From the sequence record DRR378314_2264: a stretch of DNA of 42,557 bases; one strand, 5' to 3'. Of the stretch, positions 18,441 to 28,363 are shown piece by piece (the first letter of the stretch is position 1; every line of letters starts with the position of its first letter). The notes under the pieces are model-generated. The model searched no databases. It was not told where the DNA came from and saw nothing but the letters and a program-made list of their open reading frames with translations. Made by a program: the position numbers and the translations under genes.

Positions 18441-21068
18441 ATGGGCAAGTCACTGGTCATCGTCGAGTCGCCTGCGAAAGCGAAGACGATCAATAAGTAT
18501 CTCGGCAACGATTTCATCGTAAAGTCGAGCGTGGGTCACATCCGTGACCTGCCGACCAGCGGCTCAGGTAAGGCAGCCTCCGACCCGAAGGAGCGCGCTC
18601 GCCAGGCTGCGGCAACACGCAAGATGTCGGCGGAAGAGAAAGCAGAGTACAAAAAACGTAAGGCTCATGATCAGTTAATTCGGCGGATGGGCATCGACCC
18701 GGATAACGGCTGGGAAGCGCGCTATGAGGTGCTCCCGGGTAAGGAAAAAGTCGTCGCTGAATTAAAGAAGCTGGCTGAAAAAGCTGATGCTGTTTATCTC
18801 GCAACGGATTTGGACCGCGAAGGGGAAGCAATTGCCTGGCATTTGCGCGAGACGATTGGTGGTGATAACAGTCGTTATAAGCGCGTTGTATTTAATGAAA
18901 TAACCAAAAATGCTATTCAGGATGCGTTTAAGTCGCCAGGGGCGCTAAATATTCCCCGAGTGGAAGCGCAGCAGGCGCGCCGCTTCTTGGACCGTGTTGT
19001 TGGTTTTATGCTTTCACCGTTGCTGTGGGCCAAGATTGCCAGGGGCTTATCAGCAGGTCGTGTTCAATCTGTTGCGGTTCGCCTGATCGTTGAGCGTGAA
19101 CGAGAAATTCGTGCGTTTATTCCTGAAGAGTTTTGGGATGTGCATGCAGATCTCGCTTCCCCGGATGGCGAGCTGGTTAGATTTGCGTTGGTGCGTCAGG
19201 ATGGTAAACCCTTCCGTCCTACCTCCGAAAAGGACACGCTTGCACGCATTGAGCAACTGCGCAAAGCCAAGCTTGCGATTACCTCCCGTGAAGACAAGCC
19301 GACAAGCTCTAAGCCTACCGCGCCGTTTATTACCTCAACATTGCAGCAGGCTGCCAGCGGCCGGTTAGGGTTCTCTGTTAAGAAAACCATGACCATGGCT
19401 CAGCGCCTCTACGAGGCCGGCTACATTACCTACATGCGTACCGACTCAACCAATCTTTCAAAGGATGCGGTAGAGAGTGTTCGCTCGTTTATTGGTGATG
19501 AGTACGGAGTACGCTATTTACCAGACTCTGCTAACCGTTACAGCAGCAAGGAGAGCGCCCAAGAAGCCCACGAGGCGATCAGGCCCTCTAGCGTTGAGCG
19601 CAAGGCCAGTGATCTCTCTGGTATGGAGCGCGATGCAGAGCGCCTCTACGAGCTGATTTGGCGTCAATTTGTGGCCTGTCAGATGACGCCTGCTGAGTAC
19701 CTTTCCAGCACGCTGAGTGTTGAGGTTGATGGCTACGACTTGCGCGCCAAAGGGCGAGTGCTCAAGTTTGATGGTTACACGCGGGTGATGAAGCCATCAG
19801 GTAAAAATGAAGACCAAAGCCTGCCTGATTTGCCGAAGGGCACGGCGATGGCGCTTGAAAAGCTTGACCCGCAACAGCACTTTACTAAACCGGCCCCGCG
19901 TTATACGGAAGCCAGCTTAGTAAAAGAGCTAGAAAAGCAGGGCATTGGCCGTCCTTCTACCTATGCTGCCATCATTTCCACGATTCAGGATCGTGGTTAC
20001 GTGAAGCTAGAAAGTCGCCGTTTTTATGCTGAAAAATTGGGTGATATTGTCACCGAACGGCTGAAAGAATCTTTCCCCGATTTGATGGATTATTCGTTCA
20101 CGGCTCGAATGGAAGATAGCCTGGATGAAGTTGCGGAAGGTGAGCGTAATTGGCAAGCCTTGCTGGATGCTTTCTATGGTGAATTCAGCCAGGAGCTTAG
20201 CAAAGCCGAAAGCGACGAAGGAATGCGCCCTAATCAGCCGGTTCCTACGGATATTGACTGCCCAAGCTGCGGTCGCAAAATGCAAATTCGGACGGCTTCC
20301 ACCGGTGTGTTCTTGGGTTGCAGTGGTTATAACTTGCCGCCCAAAGAGCGCTGTAAAACCACCATTGATTTAATTCCTGGTGAAGAAGCTGTTGCCGAAG
20401 ATGCAGGCGAAGAAGCAGAAACCAACGCACTCCGTGCCAAGCGTCGTTGCCAGAAGTGCGGAACCGCCATGGATAACTATCTCATCGATGAGGGTCGCAA
20501 ACTGCATATTTGCGGCAATAGCCCTGATTGTGATGGTTATGAGGTGGAAGCGGGCAAGTTCAAAATCAAAGGCTACGACGGCCCCATTATCGAATGCGAT
20601 AAGTGTGGTTCTGAGATGCAGCTTAAGTCAGGTCGGTTTGGCAAATATTTCGGCTGCACCAACAGTGAATGTAAAAATACCCGCAAGTTGCTTCGTAGTG
20701 GTGAAGTTGCACCACCCAAGATGGACCCCATTCCCATGCCGGAGCTGGCCTGCCAAAAGGTAGAGGATCACTACGTACTGCGCGATGGTGCCAGCGGCTT
20801 GTTCTTAGCGGCCAGCAAGTTCCCTAAAAACCGTGAAACTCGTCCACCGCTGGTAAAAGAGTTAAAAGCCCACGCCGACGAACTGCCGGAAAAGTATCAC
20901 TTTATCTTAAAGGCGCCCAGCGAAGACCCGGATGGCCGTCCTGCGCAAATTCGTTATTCACGGAAAAATAAAGAGCAGTACGTGATGACCGATGAAGAAG
21001 GCAAAGCAACCGGCTGGAAAGCCACGTTTGAGGCGGGTAAATGGCACGTGGAGGATAAGCGCAAGTGA
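18441..21068 (+). CDS. topA: DNA topoisomerase I
   Basis: [43 protein letters not shown]-terminal zinc ribbons. Confidence 0.98.
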   Translation: MGKSLVIVESPAKAKTINKYLGNDFIVKSSVGHIRDLPTSGSGKAASDPKERARQAAATRKMSAEEKAEYKKRKAHDQLIRRMGIDPDNGWEARYEVLPGKEKVVAELKKLAEKADAVYLATDLDREGEAIAWHLRETIGGDNSRYKRVVFNEITKNAIQDAFKSPGALNIPRVEAQQARRFLDRVVGFMLSPLLWAKIARGLSAGRVQSVAVRLIVEREREIRAFIPEEFWDVHADLASPDGELVRFALVRQDGKPFRPTSEKDTLARIEQLRKAKLAITSREDKPTSSKPTAPFITSTLQQAASGRLGFSVKKTMTMAQRLYEAGYITYMRTDSTNLSKDAVESVRSFIGDEYGVRYLPDSANRYSSKESAQEAHEAIRPSSVERKASDLSGMERDAERLYELIWRQFVACQMTPAEYLSSTLSVEVDGYDLRAKGRVLKFDGYTRVMKPSGKNEDQSLPDLPKGTAMALEKLDPQQHFTKPAPRYTEASLVKELEKQGIGRPSTYAAIISTIQDRGYVKLESRRFYAEKLGDIVTERLKESFPDLMDYSFTARMEDSLDEVAEGERNWQALLDAFYGEFSQELSKAESDEGMRPNQPVPTDIDCPSCGRKMQIRTASTGVFLGCSGYNLPPKERCKTTIDLIPGEEAVAEDAGEEAETNALRAKRRCQKCGTAMDNYLIDEGRKLHICGNSPDCDGYEVEAGKFKIKGYDGPIIECDKCGSEMQLKSGRFGKYFGCTNSECKNTRKLLRSGEVAPPKMDPIPMPELACQKVEDHYVLRDGASGLFLAASKFPKNRETRPPLVKELKAHADELPEKYHFILKAPSEDPDGRPAQIRYSRKNKEQYVMTDEEGKATGWKATFEAGKWHVEDKRK

Positions 21069-21526
21069 GTCCACGTTCTCGTACCAACCAACTGCTTTAT
21101 CAAGCTGAGCTTTTGGTTGGTCTTCCAACAGGTAATGACGAACATGCTCAGGCTCGTCAAATGGCGATTGAAGAGAGCGCCTTGGCGCTCTTTGAGCTGG
21201 CATTAAACTCGCTGCTCAAAGAAGTCACCGAGCATGCGCGTCTTAACGAGCATGGCTGGCAAGTGCTCCTTAATGAGAAGGGCCCAGCCGTTGCTGAGCT
21301 GCAGCGCTTAAGAGATATGCTGCAGCAGCCGGATAGCTGGTTGCACTGGCTGGTGGGGCAAATTGAGAAGCTGCACAGTGACGAGGGGGCAAGTAAACGC
21401 GCAGTGCAGAACCCCTCAATGATCGCTGTCGGCAGCCAGGTGAGTGTTGCTGAGCAGCTGTTAACTAACCTTCATGCTGCAAAACGCGATATTGCAGCGC
21501 TACGTGAAACTAGCCAAGAGTGGTAG
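21065..21526 (+). CDS. Conserved hypothetical protein downstream of topA (DUF6586-like)
   Basis: GTGA overlap with the topA stop. RTNQLLYQA at the N-terminus and RETSQEW at the C-terminus resemble the topA-linked family in Pseudomonadales/Oceanospirillales. Confidence 0.65.
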   Translation: MSPRSRTNQLLYQAELLVGLPTGNDEHAQARQMAIEESALALFELALNSLLKEVTEHARLNEHGWQVLLNEKGPAVAELQRLRDMLQQPDSWLHWLVGQIEKLHSDEGASKRAVQNPSMIAVGSQVSVAEQLLTNLHAAKRDIAALRETSQEW

Positions 21527-21579
21527 TTATAACGTCAAACGTATTGCCTAGAGAGAGTGAGTCGCAAGAGGAGATATAG

Positions 21580-22044
21580 ATGCGCTATAACCAAGTCAAA
21601 GACTTCGTTGAATGGGCCGCGGATTATCATGGGCGCATGGCGCGTCAGTATCGTGCCGCAGCCGATTCAAGTGACCATCAACGTCTTGCCATGGCGTTAA
21701 CGTATTTAGCCGATAGCGAACTCCGGATGAAGACTGGGCTAGAGGCGCTTTTTAGTGATGGCTTTAATCATAAAGAAGTGTTGGAAATATGGTTTGATGA
21801 TCCTAATGACTTTCCTCAGCCTCCAGTGCTTGAGGCGCTTGCGCAACAAACGATAGCAGACTCAATTGATGAACTAACTCGCGTAGCGGTTGAGTCGCAT
21901 CGCAAGCTACAGGACCTCTATGAGCACCGTGCATCACGGGCAAAAATAGAGCCAGAGGAAACTTTTTTTAACGCCTTGGCAGAAGGGCATCATGCTGAAG
22001 CGCGCAAGCTAGTAACGAGTATGCAAGAATTTGAAGATATCTAG
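21580..22044 (+). CDS. Hypothetical all-helical protein, possibly ferritin-like four-helix bundle
   Basis: Strong RBS (GAGGAG); helical pattern with His/Glu pairs (DYH, YLADSE, ESHRKL, EGHHAEARKL). Confidence 0.6.
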   Translation: MRYNQVKDFVEWAADYHGRMARQYRAAADSSDHQRLAMALTYLADSELRMKTGLEALFSDGFNHKEVLEIWFDDPNDFPQPPVLEALAQQTIADSIDELTRVAVESHRKLQDLYEHRASRAKIEPEETFFNALAEGHHAEARKLVTSMQEFEDI

Positions 22045-22217
22045 GCGGGTATGTGAAGTGATTTAGCTAGCGTTTAATAAGGGCGCGGTTGCCATATTGG
22101 CGCACTGGCTTGTTTTTTGGCTTTTTGAAAGCACTGACATTTGGTGTGAGAATAAGGTATAACAACCGCCACAAATGCTTTGTTGGCTGGTGATGCTGGC
22201 CTATATAGAGAACGATA

Positions 22218-22850
22218 ATGATGCCTGTAAACCGTCGCCGTTTTTTAGCGTTGGCGCTGGGCTGGCCTGCTGTGGCCAGTGCAGCGACTTCCGGTAGCTT
22301 AAATAATTATGAGCCCACAGATCTGGTTGAGACGCTGCTTTCGCGTGCGAGTATCCCGCGTCACAGCAATGAACTATGGGTGTTAATTGATGATAAAGAC
22401 GCCACGTTGAGTGTCTACCGTGGTAATGCGTTGGTTGAGCACTACGCGCCCATATCCCTTGGGCGAGGTGGGGCGAAAACCCAGCGGGTTCGCGGTGATA
22501 ACGTGACACCGCTCGGCGAGTTTCGAATTAATCGATTTAATTACGAAAGTCAGTGGCATATCTTTATTGGTATCGATTATCCTACGCCACCTCATGCGAG
22601 GATGGCGCTCGAAAAAGGCATTTACTCCCAAGCGGATTATGATGCTTATTTTGATCACTATCAGCGCCACGGCTCACCACCGCAGAATACGGCATTAGGC
22701 GGTGCCATTGGTATACATGGTATTGGTGAGGGTGATCCAGATATTCATGGCCGGTTCCATTGGACTCAGGGTTGTGTTGCTGTCACCAACGAGCAAATTG
22801 AGCGCGTTGCGTCGCTGGTAGGTGTTGGCACTCGCGTAGTGATCCGATAG
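22218..22850 (+). CDS. YkuD (L,D-transpeptidase) family protein, YafK/DpaA-like, with a twin-arginine signal
   Basis: NRRRFL signal, GDNVTPLGEF, IGIDYP, IGIHG...WTQGCVAV (His...Cys). Confidence 0.85.
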   Translation: MMPVNRRRFLALALGWPAVASAATSGSLNNYEPTDLVETLLSRASIPRHSNELWVLIDDKDATLSVYRGNALVEHYAPISLGRGGAKTQRVRGDNVTPLGEFRINRFNYESQWHIFIGIDYPTPPHARMALEKGIYSQADYDAYFDHYQRHGSPPQNTALGGAIGIHGIGEGDPDIHGRFHWTQGCVAVTNEQIERVASLVGVGTRVVIR

Positions 22851-23072
22851 GCTATGCTGTTGAAGGAAGTTAAAGGTTTTAAATACGTGGCTATAGACAA
22901 CCGCTGTGGTCTATTATAAAACAGCGTTTGACTTGCGTGCATTGGTGTAATGCCATGGTACAAGTCGCTGTAAAGAACCTGCACCGCAGGTAGACAAAAT
23001 TGAGCTAACGCTTTAGCCTTAAATTTGTCATACCCTTAACGTTGTACCCAAGGAAGACTCAAGGAGAACATT

Positions 23073-23336
23073 ATGACTCTGAAGACTGCTCTGAAGATGA
23101 CTGCCGCTGCCGCTTCACTGGCAATCCTGGCTGGCTGTGCTTCTACCAGCGCCCTGGAAGAAGTTCGCATGACTGCTGAATCTGCACAGGCTGATGCCGC
23201 AGAAGCGCGCAGCATGGCTTCACAAGCAATGAACACTGCTAACCAAGCTCAGCGCGATGCGCAAGCTGCTCTGCAGATGTCTCAGCAGAACCGTGAAGAA
23301 ATGAACCGCATGTTCCAGCGTTCCATGCAGAAGTAA
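23073..23336 (+). CDS. oprI: Lpp/OprI-family alanine-zipper outer-membrane lipoprotein
   Basis: AAGGAG RBS, lipobox LAGC, Ala-rich heptads, C-terminal RMFQRSMQK ending in Lys. Confidence 0.88.
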   Translation: MTLKTALKMTAAAASLAILAGCASTSALEEVRMTAESAQADAAEARSMASQAMNTANQAQRDAQAALQMSQQNREEMNRMFQRSMQK

Positions 23337-23382
23337 TTCTGCCTGGGCTCTAAGTGTTAAAACTTAGGGTTGCTGTAGATGT

Positions 23383-23412
23383 AAAAAAACCCCGCCTCGG
23401 CGGGGTTTTTTT
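23383..23412. terminator. Bidirectional Rho-independent terminator
   Basis: AAAAAAACCCCGCC-TC-GGCGGGGTTTTTTT between convergent genes. Confidence 0.92.
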
Positions 23413-23425
23413 ATTTTGGCTAAGG

Positions 23426-24553
23426 TTATGCCTCTTCCTCGGCTTGTGTCGCTGTTGTGAGCTCAATTTCTTCGAATAATCCATCAAGCTCCACAGGCTC
23501 TTCTTCAGCAGGGGCTGGCGCTGGTGCTTGAGGGCCATACAGCGCTATAAGGCGACCATCCGGATTTTCTACTGCTAGTTTTACCTGGGCATAGTCAACT
23601 TCTGCTTGGTCTTCAGCCAGTTCGCTTACTCGTTCGATGGCACTAAGCAGTGGCTCAAAATCGCCAACGTTTTCTTCAAGCTGAGGGTAAGACTGCACAA
23701 ACAGTGTGCCGTCCGCTGCCCAGCCTGCTTTAAACGGTGCATCCATCAAGTTGACTTGAGTGCCGGTAGGCATGCGCTCGTAGAGCGATTTGATATCTTC
23801 GGGGAACATGCGGATGCAGCCGCGGCTGACCCGCATGCCCACGCCTTCAGGGCGGTTGGTACCATGAATCAGGTAGCTAGGCATCGCCAGCAATATAGCG
23901 TGACGACCCAGTGGGTTGTTGGGGCCAGCAGGCACAATAGACGGGGCTGGCTCGCCACGTGCAGCTGCTTCACGACGCATAGAGGCTGGCGGCGCCCAGG
24001 CAGGATCTTTTACCTTTACGGTCGTGCGGGTAATGCCGACCGGTGTGGCAAATTCCTCACGGCCAACACTGACAGGGTAGGTTTCAACAATGCCGGGGTT
24101 GTCAGCCGGATAATAATAGAGTCGCAGTTCAGACAAATTTACGACCACGCCTTCGCGGGGTGCAGGCGGTAAAATATAGCGCGCAGGTATAACGATTTCT
24201 GTGCCTTCCCCAGGTACCCACATGCTGACGCCTGGGTTGGCCATACGAATTTCTTCGTAGCCAATGTTATGGCGTCGCGCGATATCGATGAGTGTGTCTT
24301 CAGGATCTTCTACGACGACGGTGTAGTGTTCTCCAATAATGTCGCCTTCTTCAGGAAGACGAAAATGGCCGCGGGGTAGTTCTCTTTGCTCAGCGAGCTG
24401 GTCAGCGCTGGTAAGCGCCTCTTCTGTAGCAGAGGCTGAGCCTTCAGCTGTATCGGCTGAGGACTGTGCATAAATAGGGGTAGAGAGGCTTGCTGTAAGT
24501 AAGACAGCTAAGCTCGTTGGGCCCCAGGCGTTATATAGCTTACGAATGTTCAT
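23426..24553 (-). CDS. L,D-transpeptidase, ErfK/YbiS/YcfS/YnhG type (LysM + YkuD + C-terminal domain)
   Basis: Signal peptide, DTLIDIARRHNIG (LysM-like), VVNLSELRLYYY, GPNNPLG, YLIHGTN...GMRVSRGCIRM. Confidence 0.92.
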   Translation of the reverse strand: MNIRKLYNAWGPTSLAVLLTASLSTPIYAQSSADTAEGSASATEEALTSADQLAEQRELPRGHFRLPEEGDIIGEHYTVVVEDPEDTLIDIARRHNIGYEEIRMANPGVSMWVPGEGTEIVIPARYILPPAPREGVVVNLSELRLYYYPADNPGIVETYPVSVGREEFATPVGITRTTVKVKDPAWAPPASMRREAAARGEPAPSIVPAGPNNPLGRHAILLAMPSYLIHGTNRPEGVGMRVSRGCIRMFPEDIKSLYERMPTGTQVNLMDAPFKAGWAADGTLFVQSYPQLEENVGDFEPLLSAIERVSELAEDQAEVDYAQVKLAVENPDGRLIALYGPQAPAPAPAEEEPVELDGLFEEIELTTATQAEEEA

Positions 24554-24659
24554 GGTGGTTCCTAATTAATTTATGCGCCACATTGCTGCAAACTAGCATT
24601 GTCATGGGCGGCAGTTAGAGGGCCGTGCGTAGGGCTTTCATACAAGTTTGCCCCAAGGT

Positions 24660-27600
24660 TCACGCCGCCGCTACTTTTTGATTGAGTGTTGTAAGCAGAG
24701 CTTCGACTTTATCAAAACGCTGTTCGGTAGTTTCCATTGGGAATTCAAACCGTAAAGTGTCTGAGCCATCCAGTCGGTAGTGCTGTGGCGATTTTTGAAT
24801 GAGTGTCACAAGTGTTAATGGATCGACTTGGGTAGAGCCGTTGAAAAGTACTCGTCCACGGTTTTCACCGGCTTCAATGCGCGCGACACCTAGTTGTTCA
24901 GCGCGGTGGCGAAGCCTAGTCTGGCGTATCAGGTTCTTCAAGGGCTGGGGAAGGAGTCCAAAGCGATCAATAAGCTCGACTTGTAGCTCCTTAAGCTCAG
25001 CGTCGCTCTGAGTATTGGCGATACGCTTATACATCACCAGGCGCTGTTGTACGTCGTGAATATAGTCGTCAGGAATCAGCGCCGGCAGATTGAGGCTAAT
25101 CTCGACACCGGTGTTGAAGGGGGCGTCAATATTAGGCGTTTTGCCCGCACGGATAGCCTTGACCGCGCGATCCAGCATTTCCATGTAAAGCGTGTAGCCG
25201 ATGGTTTCCATTTGGCCGCTCTGCTCGTCGCCTAGGAGCTCGCCTGCGCCACGTATTTCCATATCGTGGCTTGCTAAGGTGAAACCAGCACCGAGATCAT
25301 CGGAGGCACTAATCGCTTCCAGGCGTTTTACGGCATCTCGTGTCATTGCCTTGGGGGGCGGCGTTAGTAGGTAAGCATATGCTTGATGGTGGCTGCGTCC
25401 AACGCGGCCACGCAGTTGGTGTAGCTGGGCTAAGCCGAACTTATCGGCGCGCTCAATCAGAATCGTGTTGGCGCTGGGCACGTCAATGCCGGTTTCGATA
25501 ATGGTAGAGCACACTAGTACATTGAAGCGACGATGATAGAAGTCTGACATGACTCGCTCAAGGCTGCGCTCGGGTAATTGGCCGTGAGCAACAGCAACCC
25601 GTGCCTCTGGCACCAGTTCGCGAATCTGTTCGGCAGCATTTTCAATCGTTTTGACTTCATTGTGCAAAAAGTAGACTTGTCCGCCGCGTAATATTTCACG
25701 CAGCAGGGCTTCTTTAATGACGCTGCTGTCTCGCTGTTGCACAAACGTTTTGACCGATAAGCGCCGCGCGGGTGGAGTGGCAATAATCGAAAGATCTCGG
25801 ATACCGCTCATGGCCATATTCAAGGTGCGCGGAATCGGTGTTGCCGTTAGCGTCAGAATGTCGATTTCGGCGCGCAGCGTTTTGAGTTTCTCTTTCTGTG
25901 CGACCCCAAAGCGGTGCTCTTCGTCGATAATTAAAAGCCCCATTTTGGGCAGCTCAACGCTTTTAGACAGCAGCTTATGGGTGCCGATTACGATGTCGGT
26001 TTGGCCATTTTTGATGCTTTCCAAGGTTTGCGTCATTTCCTTGCCGCCTGTGAAGCGTGAAATAAGACTAATATTCACAGCGGTGTCGGCAAAGCGGTCG
26101 CGGAAGTTTTCAAAGTGCTGGCGAGCTAACAGCGTGGTGGGCACAAGCACCACTACTTGGCGACCAGTTTGAACGGCCAGAAATGCAGCACGCATGGCGA
26201 CTTCGGTCTTGCCAAAGCCTACATCGCCACAAACGACGCGATCCATTGGCTGAGGAGAGATCATGTCGCTTATCACTGCTTCAATGGCGGCCTGCTGGTC
26301 AGGGGTTTCTTCAAACGGGAAGCTGGCAGAGAAGCGAACGTATTCATCGCTCGGCGTATCATAAATGAAGCCTTCCTGAGCCTCCCTCCGGGCGTAGATG
26401 TCGAGTAGCTCAGCGGCAGTGTCGCGAATTTTTTCAGCCGCTTTACGACGTGCCTTTTCCCACTGATCTGAGCCTAACCGATGCAGCGGAGCGAGTTCGT
26501 CATCAGCGCCGCTATAGCGAGAAATAAGATGCAGGCTATCGACCGGGACATAGAGCTTGGCACCGTCGGCATATGAAAGCGCCAGGAATTCGTTAGCTTG
26601 ACCGCCAGCTTCAAGGGTTTCCAGTCCCAGGTAGCGGCCGACGCCATGTGCTTGGTGAACAACCGGTGCGCCTTCTCGTAGCTCAGATAGATGGCGCACG
26701 GCCAATTCGTTGTCGTCGGTCGCTTTTTCTCGTCGCCGGCTCTGGCGCACGACATCGCCAAAGAGCTCGGTCTCGCTGATCACCGCGACATTCGGTTCGG
26801 TAAGCCACAAGCCGCTGCCTACCAAGCTTTCAGTAATGGCTAAGCGGTCAGTGCTGCTTAAAAAGTCTTGGAAGCTATCAATATGGGGCAGGCTTAATTT
26901 AAGCGGCGCCAATACTTCTTCTAACGCTTCTCTGCGTCCCCGTGACTCGGCAACAAACAGTACCCGCGTAGCTTGCTGCGCATCCAGAAAGGTAGCCAGT
27001 TCGTTAAGGGGTTGCTTGGCGCGAGCGTTAATTGCCAGCGGGGGTAGTGCTTGGGCTTTCGGCGCCAGGGCATGGCGTTGCGTGTTGTCTTCGGTTAGTT
27101 CGATTCGAGGACGCGCTTTGATCGCCGAAAAAACGTCATTAACGGGAATGAACGCGCGAAGCGGTGGTAAAAGGGGGCGTGTTGGGTCAACACCCAAATT
27201 CTCGTAGCGTGATTCAATAGACTGCCAGTGCTGCTCAGCTGCTTCGAATACACCTGGCAACAGTGCTACACGGGTGTCATCGGTAACGTGCTCAAATAAA
27301 GAAGCGGTTTCGTCGAAGAACAGTGGCAAATATTGTTCCAAGCCTGGGGAGGGGATGGCTTTCAGTGCGTCGTTATAGAGAGGGCACTGGCGCGGATCAA
27401 CATCAAAAAGCGTTTCAAACTGTTCCCGGAAGCAAGCAGTGGCGCTGCGGCTGAGTGAGTACTCATGAGCTGGGAGTAGCTCAATCACATCGACTTTATG
27501 GGTAGAGCGCTGATTGCCAGGGTCGAAATGGCGTAATGTATCGATTTCGTCATCAAACAAATCGATACGAATTGGCTCATCCATACCCATGGCGAAAAGG

Positions 27601-28109
27601 TCGATGATTGCGCCGCGCATGGCGTATTCGCCAGGCTCGTAGACCGTTTCTACGGCACGATAACCTGCCCGCGATAGCGATTCGCGAAATGTTTCCCGAT
27701 TTAGTTTGGCGCCCGCTTTTAGCGTCATCACGCGCCCAGCGATGTATGATACGGGGGGCAAGCGCTGCATCAGCGTATTGATTGGCACCAGCACAATGCC
27801 GCGTACGCCATCCTGCAGTAAGCGCAGCGTGCGTAGGCGTGACGAGATAATATCCTGGTGCGGGGAGAAGCTGTCATAAGGCAGCGTTTCCCAATCTGGA
27901 AAGGGCAGGACGGGAACATTGCTATAGAATGCCAGATCCTGTTCCAGGCGCTGTGCGCTGGCAGTATTCGGCGTAATAACCAATAATGGTGCGCTTAACG
28001 CGACCTGAGCCAGCGCCAGGGCAGTTGCACTGCCCGGCGGCGCTGTTAGGTAGAGCGTGTCGCGAATCCCTTTGGGCTGGGGCGGTTCGAGCAGAGAAAA
28101 AGAGGACAT
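24660..28109 (-). CDS. mfd: Transcription-repair coupling factor
   Basis: FPDWETLPYD, CarD/RID domain, CGDVGFGKTEVAMRA, DEEHRFG, QLRGRVGR, TRG motif. Start set at ATG 28109. Confidence 0.97.
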   Translation of the reverse strand: MSSFSLLEPPQPKGIRDTLYLTAPPGSATALALAQVALSAPLLVITPNTASAQRLEQDLAFYSNVPVLPFPDWETLPYDSFSPHQDIISSRLRTLRLLQDGVRGIVLVPINTLMQRLPPVSYIAGRVMTLKAGAKLNRETFRESLSRAGYRAVETVYEPGEYAMRGAIIDLFAMGMDEPIRIDLFDDEIDTLRHFDPGNQRSTHKVDVIELLPAHEYSLSRSATACFREQFETLFDVDPRQCPLYNDALKAIPSPGLEQYLPLFFDETASLFEHVTDDTRVALLPGVFEAAEQHWQSIESRYENLGVDPTRPLLPPLRAFIPVNDVFSAIKARPRIELTEDNTQRHALAPKAQALPPLAINARAKQPLNELATFLDAQQATRVLFVAESRGRREALEEVLAPLKLSLPHIDSFQDFLSSTDRLAITESLVGSGLWLTEPNVAVISETELFGDVVRQSRRREKATDDNELAVRHLSELREGAPVVHQAHGVGRYLGLETLEAGGQANEFLALSYADGAKLYVPVDSLHLISRYSGADDELAPLHRLGSDQWEKARRKAAEKIRDTAAELLDIYARREAQEGFIYDTPSDEYVRFSASFPFEETPDQQAAIEAVISDMISPQPMDRVVCGDVGFGKTEVAMRAAFLAVQTGRQVVVLVPTTLLARQHFENFRDRFADTAVNISLISRFTGGKEMTQTLESIKNGQTDIVIGTHKLLSKSVELPKMGLLIIDEEHRFGVAQKEKLKTLRAEIDILTLTATPIPRTLNMAMSGIRDLSIIATPPARRLSVKTFVQQRDSSVIKEALLREILRGGQVYFLHNEVKTIENAAEQIRELVPEARVAVAHGQLPERSLERVMSDFYHRRFNVLVCSTIIETGIDVPSANTILIERADKFGLAQLHQLRGRVGRSHHQAYAYLLTPPPKAMTRDAVKRLEAISASDDLGAGFTLASHDMEIRGAGELLGDEQSGQMETIGYTLYMEMLDRAVKAIRAGKTPNIDAPFNTGVEISLNLPALIPDDYIHDVQQRLVMYKRIANTQSDAELKELQVELIDRFGLLPQPLKNLIRQTRLRHRAEQLGVARIEAGENRGRVLFNGSTQVDPLTLVTLIQKSPQHYRLDGSDTLRFEFPMETTEQRFDKVEALLTTLNQKVAAA

Positions 28110-28212
28110 AGTCACGGTATCGTTTTGCGCTGAAACGGAATCTGGATCATACACGATCAGTACTTTCAGGCAGAGGCCTGCGCAAAGCAACCACTAGTAG
28201 TTAAGTAAGCCT

Positions 28213-28273
28213 TGTGGTTTCGATACACTATTGTGGTTTGTAGTCAATCCACTTTTTCTGTAATACCCCTACA
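28213..28273. promoter_or_regulatory. Cluster of HexR/RccR-like operator boxes upstream of gap
   Basis: TGTGG-N5-ATACA (28213-28227), TGTAG-N5-CCACT (28239-28253), TGTAA-N5-CTACA (28259-28273); the HexR-type consensus is TGTRR-N5-YYACA. Confidence 0.55.
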
Positions 28274-28363
28274 TGTTGTGCGACTATCCATTCATTGCGG
28301 CATGTTGGTAAGCCCAGGATAATGTTCTAAGAAATTTCTTTTCACTACCCAATGAGGCCGCAC

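Noticed and set aside
18560-18700. Charged insertion in the TopA TOPRIM domain
   Set aside because: Similar insertions are common in gammaproteobacterial TopA; not novel.
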